Positions 10,079-20,422 of a stretch of DNA of 64,000 nt are shown in pieces (position 1 is the stretch's first letter; each line of letters starts with the position of its first letter). This stretch comes from a virus (Duplodnaviria; Caudoviricetes). The notes beneath the pieces were generated by a model, which searched no databases, was not told the DNA's origin, and saw only the letters and a program-made list of their open reading frames with translations. The position numbers and the translations under genes are program-made. Location: the IMG/VR virus record IMGVR_UViG_3300025401_000648. One strand, given 5' to 3'.

Positions 10079-13000
10079 ATGACCAAGATAACAGATTTAC
10101 CAGTAACGCAGAATATAAGCACAACAAGTGTATTCTTGGTGGTTGATAATAATGTGGCCAAGCAATTCAGCTATAGTTCTTTAAAACAAGAATTAGGAGT
10201 TGCTGGCGGATATGCTGGCAGCGCAGGTCCCATTGGATTTACTGGCAGTATTGGATCCACAGGATACTGGGGAAGTGTAGGGTACGGTGGTAGCATAGGC
10301 TATACTGGTAGCATAGGCTATACTGGATCAGCTAGTGATGTTTCTGGGCCAGTAGGATATACAGGCAGTCAAGGCACTCCTGGTGGCCCACAGGGACCAG
10401 TTGGATACACTGGCAGTCAAGGATTGGGATTTACTGGCAGTACTGGTGCTCAAGGATATACAGGTAGTTCTGGATTAGGCTACAGTGGAAGTTTAGGATA
10501 TTCTGGTAGTGTGGGTGCACAAGGACCACAGGGCTATACTGGAAGCACTGGTCCACAAGGACCACAAGGATATAGTGGCAGTATTGGTCCGCAAGGACCG
10601 CAGGGCTATACAGGCAGTGTTGGCTATGCTGGTAGTGTTGGTGCTCAGGGCCCACAGGGATATAGTGGTAGTAAGGGCGATGCTGGCGGATATACTGGTT
10701 CAGCAAGTACTGTAAGTGGACCACAAGGACCACAGGGCTATACTGGATCATTAGGTCCACAAGGATACACCGGTAGCGTTGGTGGAGTAGGTTTTACTGG
10801 ATCGGGCGGATTAGGCTATAGTGGCAGTGTTGGACCAGTCGGTCCACAAGGGTACACTGGCAGTATTGGCGGTACAGGTTATTCTGGAAGTGTTGGTACT
10901 GGATTAACTATCAAGGGAACCATTCAAAGTAATGGTTCTACAGGTAACGCATCAACACCTGGTACAGCAGTGTACTTACTGGTACAAACAGGCGACACCA
11001 CAATAGGTGATGGCTATGTTGATATAACCACAGGCAATTTATGGTTTTATGGAGCTTCAAGAAATAACAGCGGTTGGGTCGATGCTGGAGGCATCCAAGG
11101 ACCAACCGGACCACAGGGTTATACTGGTTCTGGTGGATTAGGTTACAGCGGCAGTACAGGGTTCACTGGCAGTACAGGTTATGCCGGCAGTACAGGGTTC
11201 ACTGGCAGTACAGGTTATGCCGGTAGTTTAGGATTTAGCGGCAGTTTAGGGTTTACAGGTAGCACAGGTTATGCCGGCAGCGCTGGACCACAAGGACCAC
11301 AAGGACCACAGGGGTATGCTGGAAGCATAGGTGGTGCTGGGCAAATAGGCTATGCAGGTAGTGTGGGCTATAGCGGAAGTAACGGTTATCTAGGCAGTAC
11401 TGGGTTCACAGGTAGCATAGGTTTTACAGGCAGCGTCGGTGGTCAAGGCGGATTAGGTTATACCGGATCACTTGGTCCACAAGGTCCACAAGGATATACC
11501 GGCAGCAAAGGCTATGTAGGTAGTCAAGGTACATCGTTTACTATTAAGGGATCAATAGCAACATATACCGGTTTACCATCATCTGGTGCTGTTAACGGCG
11601 ATTCTTACATCACTGTGGATACTGGTGATTTATGGGTATATACTGGTGGTACTGGTACCAGTGGTCCAGCTGTAGGTGATTATTATAATGGTTTCCTTAA
11701 CGCAGGTGTCATAGCAGGCCCTACAGGATTTACTGGCAGTCAAGGCTATGCTGGATCAGCTGGCTATTGGGGTAGTTTTGGTTATACAGGTAGCCAAGGC
11801 TATTCTGGATCACAGGGATACTGGGGTAGTATTGGCTACGCTGGTAGTGTGGGTGCTGTTGGTTATACTGGTAGCCAAGCCTATACTGGTTCACAAGGAT
11901 ACGCAGGCAGTGCTGGTTTTGTGGGTAGTGCCGGATACAACGGAAGTGTGGGATTTACAGGAAGTTTTGGTTTTACTGGTTACACTGGTTCAGCAAGTAG
12001 TGTAGCTGGTCCAAGTGGACCTTTGGGATACACAGGCAGTCAAGGTTTTGCTGGCAGTGCTGGATCAACAGGTACTAACGGATTTTCTGGAAGTACAGGA
12101 TTTACTGGAAGTGTGGGACAGGCTGGCCTTATTGGATATTCAGGTAGTGTTGGAGCGCAAGGACCACAGGGCTATACAGGAAGTATAGGTGGTGCTGGAC
12201 AGATAGGCTATACAGGCAGTGTGGGATACACAGGCAGTGCTGGAGCTGCCGCAGCCGTGGGTTACGCTGGAAGTAATGGATTCTCAGGAAGTAATGGGTT
12301 TGCTGGAAGTGTGGGATATACTGGAAGCCAAGGAACTCCAGGTATTGGCACACAGGGGTTTGCTGGCAGTGGCGGCTACACTGGTAGCGCAGGGTATGTT
12401 GGAAGTCAAGGATTTGCTGGCAGTCAAGGCTATGCTGGATCTGCTAGTACACAAACAGGATATACTGGTAGTATTGGTCCACAAGGATATAGTGGCAGTA
12501 AAGGCGATGCGGGCGGATATACAGGCAGTATCGGTGCTGTTGGGTTTACAGGCAGTCGTGGATTTCTTGGATTTACAGGTAGCAAAGGTGACCCAGGTGG
12601 ATACACTGGTAGTGTGGGTTATGATGGTAGTCAAGGATTTATTGGCTATGCGGGTAGTCAAGGTTACACTGGTTCAACTGGCACAGTGTCTGTGGCCTAT
12701 GGCAATACCTTTGCCGGCTATCAACCAGTATTGTTCAGTGGCCTCAATTCAAACCTTTTAGTAACATCTAATGGGGTACAGGTATATCCTTCCACAGGCG
12801 GAATATATTCATTTATATCTGGAGTTGGCACAACTACCAATTATGCAGGAGAAGTATTAACTGTCAAAGGCGGGGCCTACATCAACGGTGTTTTAACTGC
12901 TACCAGTGTGTACATCAATGGATTTGCTGTCAGTACCAGCACTGGTGGAGGTTTTGGATACACAGGTAGCCAAGGAACTCCAGGCGGTTACACAGGTAGT

Positions 13001-14923
13001 GCTGGCAGTATAGGTTATGCTGGAAGTCAAGGCACACCAGGTGGCTATACAGGTAGTCGTGGCTACGCAGGCAGTCAAGGCTATGCTGGGTCACAAGGAA
13101 CAACAGGATTTACTGGCAGTGCTGGGTATTCAGGCAGTAATGGCAGTCAAGGATTTGCTGGGTCACAAGGATATTGGGGTAGTGTTGGTGCTCAGGGCCC
13201 TATAGGATATTTTGGTAGCGCAGGTTATCAAGGAAGCACAGGGTTCACTGGCAGTATTGGATATTCAGGTAGTACTGGGTTTACTGGATCAGCTGGTGCC
13301 GGTTATGGTGGTAGTACAGGTTACTCAGGTAGTGCTGGATTTACTGGAAGTTTGGGGTATACTGGATCAGTTGGCTATTCAGGATCAATTGGCGGATTAG
13401 GATTCAGTGGTAGTTTAGGCTATGCTGGCAGCGGTGGTTATTGGGGATCAGTAGGCTATACTGGCAGTAGTGGTTATGCTGGCAGTAGTGGTTACGCTGG
13501 TAGTATTGGTCCACAAGGCCCTTCAGGGTATGCAGGCAGTGCTGGTTTTGTTGGAAGTACTGGTTATTGGGGTAGTGTTGGTTATACCGGAAGCATTGGA
13601 CCACAAGGGCCATCGGGACCAGGAGGACCACAAGGGCCATCAGGATACGCAGGCAGTGCAGGAAGTCAAGGGCCGTCAGGTTATACCGGGTCAGCCAGCA
13701 CACAAGCAGGGTATGTTGGATCAAAAGGATCTACAGGATATGCCGGAAGTGTAGGATATGCTGGATCAATAGGACCAATAGGTTACAGCGGAAGTGCTGG
13801 TCCTTTATATACTAGCACAGTAAACATTATTAATTATGGTGCTGATGCCACAGGTGCTAGCGATTCTTCCTCTGCTATACAAAGTGCTATTAATAGTTTA
13901 AGTTCTGGAGTGGTATTATTCCCACCAGGAACCTATTTAATAAACACTGGGTTGACTATGAAGCCTGGTGTGGAATTACATGGAGTTGGATATAACAATG
14001 TTACACTGACTGCTGGCAACAATTCCATGACTTTGATATCTTACCTTAACAATTCAGCTGCCTATGCCAGCAATTTTGTTGTAGAAAACTTAACCTTAAG
14101 TGCTAACGGAAAAACTAACTGTACAGGTATAGCCTTGATGGGTTCGGATACAAGTCATAGATTAAATGATGTCAAAATTAACAATTCAACATTTAATGGG
14201 GCATTTAATACAGGCACATACCTAGCATATTCTGCCAATAATTTCTTAAACAATGTAGCAGTTACATCAGCTGTTAACGGCATTTTTATCAACGTATGTA
14301 CTGATACTAACATTGTAGATTGTAATGTACAGTTAGGTACCAATGCGGGATTCTTAATTCAAGGCAATGCCACCGATAATGCTAATGCTTTTGACGAAGG
14401 CACTAGGCTAGTGGGCTGTACCACTAACGGCCAAACCTATGGATTATATTTGAACACCGTTAATTGGGGAGTAGTAAGCGGATGCAGTTTTACTACTGAC
14501 CCAAGTAGTGGAAATAGCCTTTATGCTACAGGTGCTTGTCAACATTGGAAATTTGTTGGATGCGAATTTGCCAGCGGCACTGGGGGTGGATACGGTGTAA
14601 ATATTGTGTCAAGTACAGTACAGGGTTTGGTGTTTTCTGGTTGTGAAGTGGCTGTAAGCACATTTGGCTTAGTATCGGCAGGAACAGATATTGTTATTAA
14701 TGGCTGTAATTTCAATAATAACACTAATGTAGACATTGACCTACAATCTGGTGCCAGCAAGCATTTGATTGTGGGCAATATACTACAGAGTAGTGGATCG
14801 GCATTTTCAATCGTAGAATCTAGTGGAGCTGACTATACTCTAGTAGGAAGCAACATGATCAAAGGTTCTGTATCGTTAACTGGTTCCCATTCTACGCAAA
14901 ATAACAATATGGCAATCACATAA
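10079..14923 (+). CDS. Collagen-like fibre protein (1614 aa) with C-terminal pectate-lyase-like beta-helix
   Basis: Long Gly-X-Y runs (GYT-GSX, GPQ); two homologous globular knots; C-terminal VNIINYGADATGASDSSSAIQSAINSLSSGVVLFPPGTYLI beta-helix start. Confidence 0.85.
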   Translation: MTKITDLPVTQNISTTSVFLVVDNNVAKQFSYSSLKQELGVAGGYAGSAGPIGFTGSIGSTGYWGSVGYGGSIGYTGSIGYTGSASDVSGPVGYTGSQGTPGGPQGPVGYTGSQGLGFTGSTGAQGYTGSSGLGYSGSLGYSGSVGAQGPQGYTGSTGPQGPQGYSGSIGPQGPQGYTGSVGYAGSVGAQGPQGYSGSKGDAGGYTGSASTVSGPQGPQGYTGSLGPQGYTGSVGGVGFTGSGGLGYSGSVGPVGPQGYTGSIGGTGYSGSVGTGLTIKGTIQSNGSTGNASTPGTAVYLLVQTGDTTIGDGYVDITTGNLWFYGASRNNSGWVDAGGIQGPTGPQGYTGSGGLGYSGSTGFTGSTGYAGSTGFTGSTGYAGSLGFSGSLGFTGSTGYAGSAGPQGPQGPQGYAGSIGGAGQIGYAGSVGYSGSNGYLGSTGFTGSIGFTGSVGGQGGLGYTGSLGPQGPQGYTGSKGYVGSQGTSFTIKGSIATYTGLPSSGAVNGDSYITVDTGDLWVYTGGTGTSGPAVGDYYNGFLNAGVIAGPTGFTGSQGYAGSAGYWGSFGYTGSQGYSGSQGYWGSIGYAGSVGAVGYTGSQAYTGSQGYAGSAGFVGSAGYNGSVGFTGSFGFTGYTGSASSVAGPSGPLGYTGSQGFAGSAGSTGTNGFSGSTGFTGSVGQAGLIGYSGSVGAQGPQGYTGSIGGAGQIGYTGSVGYTGSAGAAAAVGYAGSNGFSGSNGFAGSVGYTGSQGTPGIGTQGFAGSGGYTGSAGYVGSQGFAGSQGYAGSASTQTGYTGSIGPQGYSGSKGDAGGYTGSIGAVGFTGSRGFLGFTGSKGDPGGYTGSVGYDGSQGFIGYAGSQGYTGSTGTVSVAYGNTFAGYQPVLFSGLNSNLLVTSNGVQVYPSTGGIYSFISGVGTTTNYAGEVLTVKGGAYINGVLTATSVYINGFAVSTSTGGGFGYTGSQGTPGGYTGSAGSIGYAGSQGTPGGYTGSRGYAGSQGYAGSQGTTGFTGSAGYSGSNGSQGFAGSQGYWGSVGAQGPIGYFGSAGYQGSTGFTGSIGYSGSTGFTGSAGAGYGGSTGYSGSAGFTGSLGYTGSVGYSGSIGGLGFSGSLGYAGSGGYWGSVGYTGSSGYAGSSGYAGSIGPQGPSGYAGSAGFVGSTGYWGSVGYTGSIGPQGPSGPGGPQGPSGYAGSAGSQGPSGYTGSASTQAGYVGSKGSTGYAGSVGYAGSIGPIGYSGSAGPLYTSTVNIINYGADATGASDSSSAIQSAINSLSSGVVLFPPGTYLINTGLTMKPGVELHGVGYNNVTLTAGNNSMTLISYLNNSAAYASNFVVENLTLSANGKTNCTGIALMGSDTSHRLNDVKINNSTFNGAFNTGTYLAYSANNFLNNVAVTSAVNGIFINVCTDTNIVDCNVQLGTNAGFLIQGNATDNANAFDEGTRLVGCTTNGQTYGLYLNTVNWGVVSGCSFTTDPSSGNSLYATGACQHWKFVGCEFASGTGGGYGVNIVSSTVQGLVFSGCEVAVSTFGLVSAGTDIVINGCNFNNNTNVDIDLQSGASKHLIVGNILQSSGSAFSIVESSGADYTLVGSNMIKGSVSLTGSHSTQNNNMAIT
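11149..11220 (+). repeat. Perfect 36-nt tandem duplication within collagen-like gene
   Basis: CGGCAGTACAGGGTTCACTGGCAGTACAGGTTATGC twice in tandem. Confidence 0.85.
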
Positions 14924-14957
14924 TTTTCATTAAATAATAGGATACCAGGACACTAAA

Positions 14958-16526
14958 ATGACACAAATAATTGACTTACCACTACTAACTACATCCACTG
15001 CTGTTAATATCACAGTGCCTGTGGCCAATTTGAACTACACTCCTGGGCGTACACAGCAAATAAGTTTGGCAAATATTGTTACATTGGCCCAAGGATATAC
15101 TGGATCAATAGGCTACGACGGTAGTGTTGGTCAGTCAGGTAATCACGGATATGATGGTAGCCAAGGCCCACAGGGCTATACCGGCAGCCAAGGAATTTTT
15201 GGATTTACTGGTAGTAAAGGATACACTGGCAGTGCCGGACCACAGGGATTCAGCGGAAGTATTGGCTACAGTGGAAGTATTGGTGCTAGAGGATTTATTG
15301 GCTACAGTGGTAGTTTAGGTTATACTGGTAGCGTTGGCTATACCGGTTCAGTGGGAGCGCAAGGACCACAAGGTTATACTGGTTCAGCTAGTACACAAAC
15401 AGGCTTTACTGGTAGTGTGGGATTTACAGGCAGTGTTGGTTACGCTGGTAGTTACGGACATACAGGATATACTGGTTCAGCTAGTACACAAACAGGCTTT
15501 ACTGGTAGTGTAGGTTATTATGGAAGTTCTGGTTATACTGGATCTGCGGGTCCACAAGGACCACAAGGTCCGCTGGGATACACTGGAAGTCAAGGCACAG
15601 TGGGCTATGTAGGTAGTCAAGGAAGCCCAGGCGGCTATACTGGTAGCGTGGGGGATCAAGGACCTATAGGATTTACAGGTAGTCGTGGAGTTTTTGGCTA
15701 TGCTGGTAGTGCTGGATCTTTAGGTTACACAGGTAGTTTAGGCTATACTGGTAGTATTGGTGCGGCCAGTGCTATCGGGTATACTGGTAGTGCTAGTACA
15801 CAAACTGGATATTCTGGCAGTACTGGCTATACTGGTAGCGCAGGGTCTAATGGATTTAATGGCAGTGTTGGATTTACAGGCAGTCGTGGATTTACTGGTT
15901 CTGCTAGTACAGTACCTGGTCCAGTAGGGTATGCTGGAAGTCAAGGAACTCCAGGCGGCTACACAGGTAGCGCAGGATACAACGGAAGCCACGGATATAC
16001 AGGTAGTCAAGGTCCACAAGGCCCTGCTGGCGGATACACCGGAAGTCAGGGTAATTTAGGATTCAGTGGTAGCTTAGGATATACTGGCAGCAGGGGTTAT
16101 ACAGGTTCGGCTAGTACAGCAACTGGTTATACTGGATCAGCTAGTACAGTTACTGGTTACACCGGTAGTTTAGGTATTACTGGTTACACTGGATCGGCTA
16201 GTACAGCCACCGGCTATACTGGAAGTTTGGGCAATATTGGTTACACCGGATCAGCTAGTACAGCAACTGGTTATACTGGTAGTAAAGGATTAATTGGCTA
16301 CGCAGGAAGTCAAGGGCCACAAGGACCAGCAGGCGGATATAGCGGTAGTGTAGGCTACACCGGCAGTGTTGGTTCAACATTAAGCGTACAAAATGCCACA
16401 CTAACACCAAACAGCGCAGGCAGTACAGGACAAATTGCTTGGGATAGTAACTTTGTATATATTTGTGTAGATACGAATACCTGGGTTAGATTGGGTAATA
16501 TTTCTACAGATATCACAACTTGGTAA
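14958..16526 (+). CDS. Collagen-like fibre protein (522 aa)
   Basis: MTQIIDLP N-domain like the neighbours; Gly-X-Y repeats; short C-terminal GSTGQIAWDSNFVYICVDTNTW domain. Confidence 0.85.
   Translation: MTQIIDLPLLTTSTAVNITVPVANLNYTPGRTQQISLANIVTLAQGYTGSIGYDGSVGQSGNHGYDGSQGPQGYTGSQGIFGFTGSKGYTGSAGPQGFSGSIGYSGSIGARGFIGYSGSLGYTGSVGYTGSVGAQGPQGYTGSASTQTGFTGSVGFTGSVGYAGSYGHTGYTGSASTQTGFTGSVGYYGSSGYTGSAGPQGPQGPLGYTGSQGTVGYVGSQGSPGGYTGSVGDQGPIGFTGSRGVFGYAGSAGSLGYTGSLGYTGSIGAASAIGYTGSASTQTGYSGSTGYTGSAGSNGFNGSVGFTGSRGFTGSASTVPGPVGYAGSQGTPGGYTGSAGYNGSHGYTGSQGPQGPAGGYTGSQGNLGFSGSLGYTGSRGYTGSASTATGYTGSASTVTGYTGSLGITGYTGSASTATGYTGSLGNIGYTGSASTATGYTGSKGLIGYAGSQGPQGPAGGYSGSVGYTGSVGSTLSVQNATLTPNSAGSTGQIAWDSNFVYICVDTNTWVRLGNISTDITTW
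15375..15511 (+). repeat. 44-nt direct repeat 93 nt apart within collagen-like gene
   Basis: TATACTGGTTCAGCTAGTACACAAACAGGCTTTACTGGTAGTGT at 15375-15418 and 15468-15511. Confidence 0.8.
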
Positions 16527-16531
16527 ACACA

Positions 16532-16569
16532 TAAATACACTATCAATTTGTATGATAGGTACCTAAATA
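16532..16569 (+). promoter_or_regulatory. Late promoter cores plus short hairpin upstream of 16570 gene
   Basis: TAAATA 16532-16537, CTATCA/TGATAG stem 16540-16558 overlapping AGGT, second TAAATA 16564-16569. Confidence 0.5.
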
Positions 16570-18417
16570 ATGACTAATAGACCAGATCTAACCAGCTTAC
16601 CCGTTTTAACCAATCCCACGACAGCGACTACCTTGTTCATTGTTCAAGACGGCGGTGTAGATGAAACTATTACAGTCTCGCAAGTAGCAACTCTAGTAAA
16701 TGCTCAAGGTTCACCTGGTCCGCAAGGGCCTAGCGGTCCAATTGGATATACTGGTAGTCTTGGTCCACAGGGACCAATCGGGTATAGTGGTAGCATGGGT
16801 CCATCAGGACTGGGCTATACAGGCAGTCAAGGTTCAGGCTATACAGGGTCAGCCAGTACAGTTCCAGGCTATACAGGCAGTATTGGGGGACTGGGCTATA
16901 CCGGTTCAGTGGGTTATACTGGATCAGTTGGCGCGGCCAGTGCTATTGGTTTTTCTGGATCAGTAGGATCTCAAGGTCCAAGAGGTTATGATGGCAGCGT
17001 GGGCTACACTGGTAGTGCTAGTTCAATTAGCGGACCTACTGGTTATTCTGGAAGCGTAGGATACACAGGCAGTCAAGGTTACGCTGGTTCAGCTAGTACA
17101 CAAACAGGATTTAGTGGCAGTATAGGTTTCAGTGGCAGTATAGGATACACAGGTAGTGTAGGCTACACTGGTTCAGCAGGTGTTCAAGGGCCTACAGGAT
17201 ACAGTGGAAGTTTTGGTTACACTGGCAGTATAGGATACACCGGAAGTCGTGGTCCAATTGGATATGCTGGTAGTATTGGTCCACAAGGTTATACTGGTAG
17301 TGTTGGCGATTTGGGTTATTCAGGTAGTGTTGGCCCACAAGGATATACTGGTAGTTTAGGTGATTTAGGATATACTGGTAGCATTGGCTATACAGGGTCG
17401 GTAGGCTATACAGGCTCGGCAAGCACAGCTCCAGGATATACAGGAAGCATAGGATATAGTGGGTCAGCAAGCAGTGTTAGCGGACCATTAGGCTATACCG
17501 GTAGTTTAGGCTATACCGGTAGTCAAGGCGTTATTGGGTATTCTGGTAGTATTGGAACTAACGGTTACGCAGGATCTTTAGGTATCAATGGATATGATGG
17601 CAGTATTGGGCCCATTGGCTATTCAGGTAGTTTAGGCTACACAGGTTCAAAAAGTACTGTAAGTGGACCGTCTGGACCATTAGGGTATACCGGTAGTTTA
17701 GGTTACACAGGTAGTGCTAGTACGGTGTCAGGTCCATTGGGCTATACAGGATCGGCTAGTACAGTTAGTGGTCCGTCTGGTTCAATAGGATATACAGGTA
17801 GTCAAGGCTACGATGGTTCAATAGGAGTCAGAGGTATTGCTGGCCCAACAGGTCCACAGGGACCATTTGGTTATACCGGTAGTGTTGGTTTAGGCGCTAC
17901 AGGCTATTCAGGCAGCGTAGGCGGGTTAGGCTATAGCGGCAGTATTGGCTATGCTGGATCAGTAGGTCCGGTAGCAGGCACTGATAGAGAAATTATATAC
18001 AATTATTCAGGTGCTGCAACAGGTACTAATAGTTTAACATGGGACTATAATAATAATATTCTTTATGTAAATGGCAGTATAAATGCCACAGGTGATATCA
18101 CAGCATTCTATGCGGCGCCCTCTGACATTAGATTAAAAACCAATATTACAAATATTAGCAATGGTTTGGCCAAGGTATTAGAATTAAACGGTATTACTTA
18201 TAATTGGAATGATTTGGCTGCCACTATTGGCAAAGACAGTCAGGAAACTGAGGCAGGGGTTATTGCTCAAGAAGTACAACGAGTATTACCAGAAGTGGTA
18301 GTAGTTCGTGAAGATGGATACTTGACCGTTCGATATGAAAAACTAGTGCCATTATTAATAGAAGCTATTAAAGAACTCAGTGCCGAGCTTGAAATAATTA
18401 AGAAAAAATTGCCATGA
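16570..18417 (+). CDS. Collagen-like fibre protein with C-terminal peptidase S74 intramolecular chaperone
   Basis: Gly-X-Y repeats; SDIRLKTNI...GVIAQEVQRVLPEVV...VRYEKLVPLLIEAIKEL is the S74 autocleaving chaperone signature. Confidence 0.88.
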   Translation: MTNRPDLTSLPVLTNPTTATTLFIVQDGGVDETITVSQVATLVNAQGSPGPQGPSGPIGYTGSLGPQGPIGYSGSMGPSGLGYTGSQGSGYTGSASTVPGYTGSIGGLGYTGSVGYTGSVGAASAIGFSGSVGSQGPRGYDGSVGYTGSASSISGPTGYSGSVGYTGSQGYAGSASTQTGFSGSIGFSGSIGYTGSVGYTGSAGVQGPTGYSGSFGYTGSIGYTGSRGPIGYAGSIGPQGYTGSVGDLGYSGSVGPQGYTGSLGDLGYTGSIGYTGSVGYTGSASTAPGYTGSIGYSGSASSVSGPLGYTGSLGYTGSQGVIGYSGSIGTNGYAGSLGINGYDGSIGPIGYSGSLGYTGSKSTVSGPSGPLGYTGSLGYTGSASTVSGPLGYTGSASTVSGPSGSIGYTGSQGYDGSIGVRGIAGPTGPQGPFGYTGSVGLGATGYSGSVGGLGYSGSIGYAGSVGPVAGTDREIIYNYSGAATGTNSLTWDYNNNILYVNGSINATGDITAFYAAPSDIRLKTNITNISNGLAKVLELNGITYNWNDLAATIGKDSQETEAGVIAQEVQRVLPEVVVVREDGYLTVRYEKLVPLLIEAIKELSAELEIIKKKLP

Positions 18418-18451
18418 AATCAATTACGGTAAATATTAAAAACAACGGAGA

Positions 18452-20179
18452 TTGATAGTGACAATATCTGCAACAACAGCTGGCGCTTATATTAATAATA
18501 TAAATTTGACTTTCCCGGTTCCTGGGCAAGATAATAACAGCCAGACTTTTAGAGACAACTGGGAAAACATTTCTAACGCATTGACTGAAATTAATTCAGC
18601 TACAAATTACCTTAGTTCATATGCTGTTGATGTTACAAATACAACAACTACATTTAATGGTAATACCATTTCTGATGTAAATTTAGTAAATGTTTCTGAA
18701 ACATTATGGGAAAATGGCGCACAAAGTGGCGACATTACCATTGACTATAGTTTAGGAAATTATCAAAATATTGAATTAAATTCTGGTGTACATAACATCA
18801 CAGTGGCCAATTGGCCCGGACAAGGACTGGCTTCGGAATTAACTTTGCTAATTACACCCACAGGATCAGGGGCAACCAGTGTTAATTTTGTAGGCGCTAC
18901 TGCTTTGGGGCCATCAGCCAATCCATATTTGTTGACCGCACCAACTAGTGTGTTTACACTACTAAATGAATTTTCTGCTACAGCATCTACAGCAACCACA
19001 TTTGTTCATCTAGTAAATGAATTAATTATTAGTAGCACAAGCACAGTTACCCAGGTAGCTTCGCAGTATGTTGTATCAAATCCCAACGGTAACGTTTCAA
19101 ATAACCAATTTTATTCAATTAGCACAACTTCAGGTGCTAATGGCGTATTAAGAGTAACATCACAATTAAACAGTAATCTAGTAGCAGGCAATGTAGCCTT
19201 TACTCCAAATTATATTACTGCCAACATTGTGGCAGGCAACTGGTCAAGCCCCAGTGCTACTACCGCTACACAATTCCAAGTAGACTCTGTCAATGGTATC
19301 ATTGTTGGGGCGACATTTGGAGTTAAGACAACCAGTACTGTGTTAACAGTGGTAAATGTTAATTCAACCAATTCTACAATTACTTGTACTCCTGCCTTCC
19401 CAGATGGTATTGGTACTGGACAAGTAATTTTTAGAAATCCCACATTCCGTGATTATGGTGAATCCACTGCGTTCCCAATCCTAGCCACTAAGGCCACTCA
19501 TGCTGCCAATACATATACTGGAACAGCAACTAATTTTGAAGGAGCAATTTATGCCAATCAAAATTATATTGAAATCACTTACGCTAATTATGGTCAGCAA
19601 ACTACAAATACATTTGTAGCCAGTACTATGGCTGTGACTACTACCACAGATAACAGTACTAATTTGGCCAACACTAACTTTGTACACCAAGTACTACCTT
19701 ATGGTAGTATTATCATGTGGTACGGATCTGTAGCAAGTATTCCCTATGGTTGGGCTCTATGTAATGGTACAAATGGAACTCCTAATTTGGTAAATCAATT
19801 TGTAATTGGTGCTGGATCTGATTTCCAAGGATCTGCGGTAACTTCAATTACAAACACTGCCACACAAACAGGTGGTAGTGCTGATGCCATAGTTCCATTA
19901 CACACTCACGCTACAATTGAGCCAAACGAAGGTGCTGGACACGAACACCAATTTAACTATTACACCACTAGTAGTGGAAATGTAGCGGCTGGTTCTAACC
20001 TAACTGGCGGTAACGATACACAGCTAGCTTCATCTTATACACTATATGCTAATGCCAATATTACTATTGCCTCAACTGGTACTAGCACAACCTACGCAAA
20101 CCTTCCTCCATACTATGCCCTTTGCTATATTATGAAGGTCACAGGAAACACTACCACACAGCCAAATCAAGGTAGCTAA
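18452..20179 (+). CDS. Baseplate/short fibre protein with tail-collar domain
   Basis: FPVPGQDNNSQTFRDN N-motif; LPYGSIIMWYGS..IPYGWALCNGTNGTPNL...NLPPYYALCYIMK tail-collar motif; true start may be GTG 18458. Confidence 0.75.
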   Translation: MIVTISATTAGAYINNINLTFPVPGQDNNSQTFRDNWENISNALTEINSATNYLSSYAVDVTNTTTTFNGNTISDVNLVNVSETLWENGAQSGDITIDYSLGNYQNIELNSGVHNITVANWPGQGLASELTLLITPTGSGATSVNFVGATALGPSANPYLLTAPTSVFTLLNEFSATASTATTFVHLVNELIISSTSTVTQVASQYVVSNPNGNVSNNQFYSISTTSGANGVLRVTSQLNSNLVAGNVAFTPNYITANIVAGNWSSPSATTATQFQVDSVNGIIVGATFGVKTTSTVLTVVNVNSTNSTITCTPAFPDGIGTGQVIFRNPTFRDYGESTAFPILATKATHAANTYTGTATNFEGAIYANQNYIEITYANYGQQTTNTFVASTMAVTTTTDNSTNLANTNFVHQVLPYGSIIMWYGSVASIPYGWALCNGTNGTPNLVNQFVIGAGSDFQGSAVTSITNTATQTGGSADAIVPLHTHATIEPNEGAGHEHQFNYYTTSSGNVAAGSNLTGGNDTQLASSYTLYANANITIASTGTSTTYANLPPYYALCYIMKVTGNTTTQPNQGS

Positions 20180-20421
20180 TGTTTAATCCGTTGATAGGCG
20201 ATTTATCTAAGTTAAAAGATGCCGAACTTGAGCTTAAAGTATTAGATTTAGGCAAAAAATACAATTCGGCTATGAGATTAGGCATGGGCGGGGCGGCTCA
20301 ACAAATTGCCATGACCTTGGATATGTATAGATATGAATTAAACAAGCGACAACGTGAATCCATGGAAGCCACCATGACAAAACAAAATAAAGACCTAGAC
20401 GGTCTAATTAATGTAGATTAA
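20179..20421 (+). CDS. Hypothetical helical protein
   Basis: 80-aa ORF coupled by TAATG overlap. Confidence 0.7.
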   Translation: MFNPLIGDLSKLKDAELELKVLDLGKKYNSAMRLGMGGAAQQIAMTLDMYRYELNKRQRESMEATMTKQNKDLDGLINVD

Positions 20422-20422
20422 A

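Noticed and set aside
10431-17470. Many alternative-frame and antisense ORFs over the collagen-like genes
   Set aside because: Shadow ORFs produced by the strict Gly-X-Y codon periodicity; no RBS or protein-like signatures.
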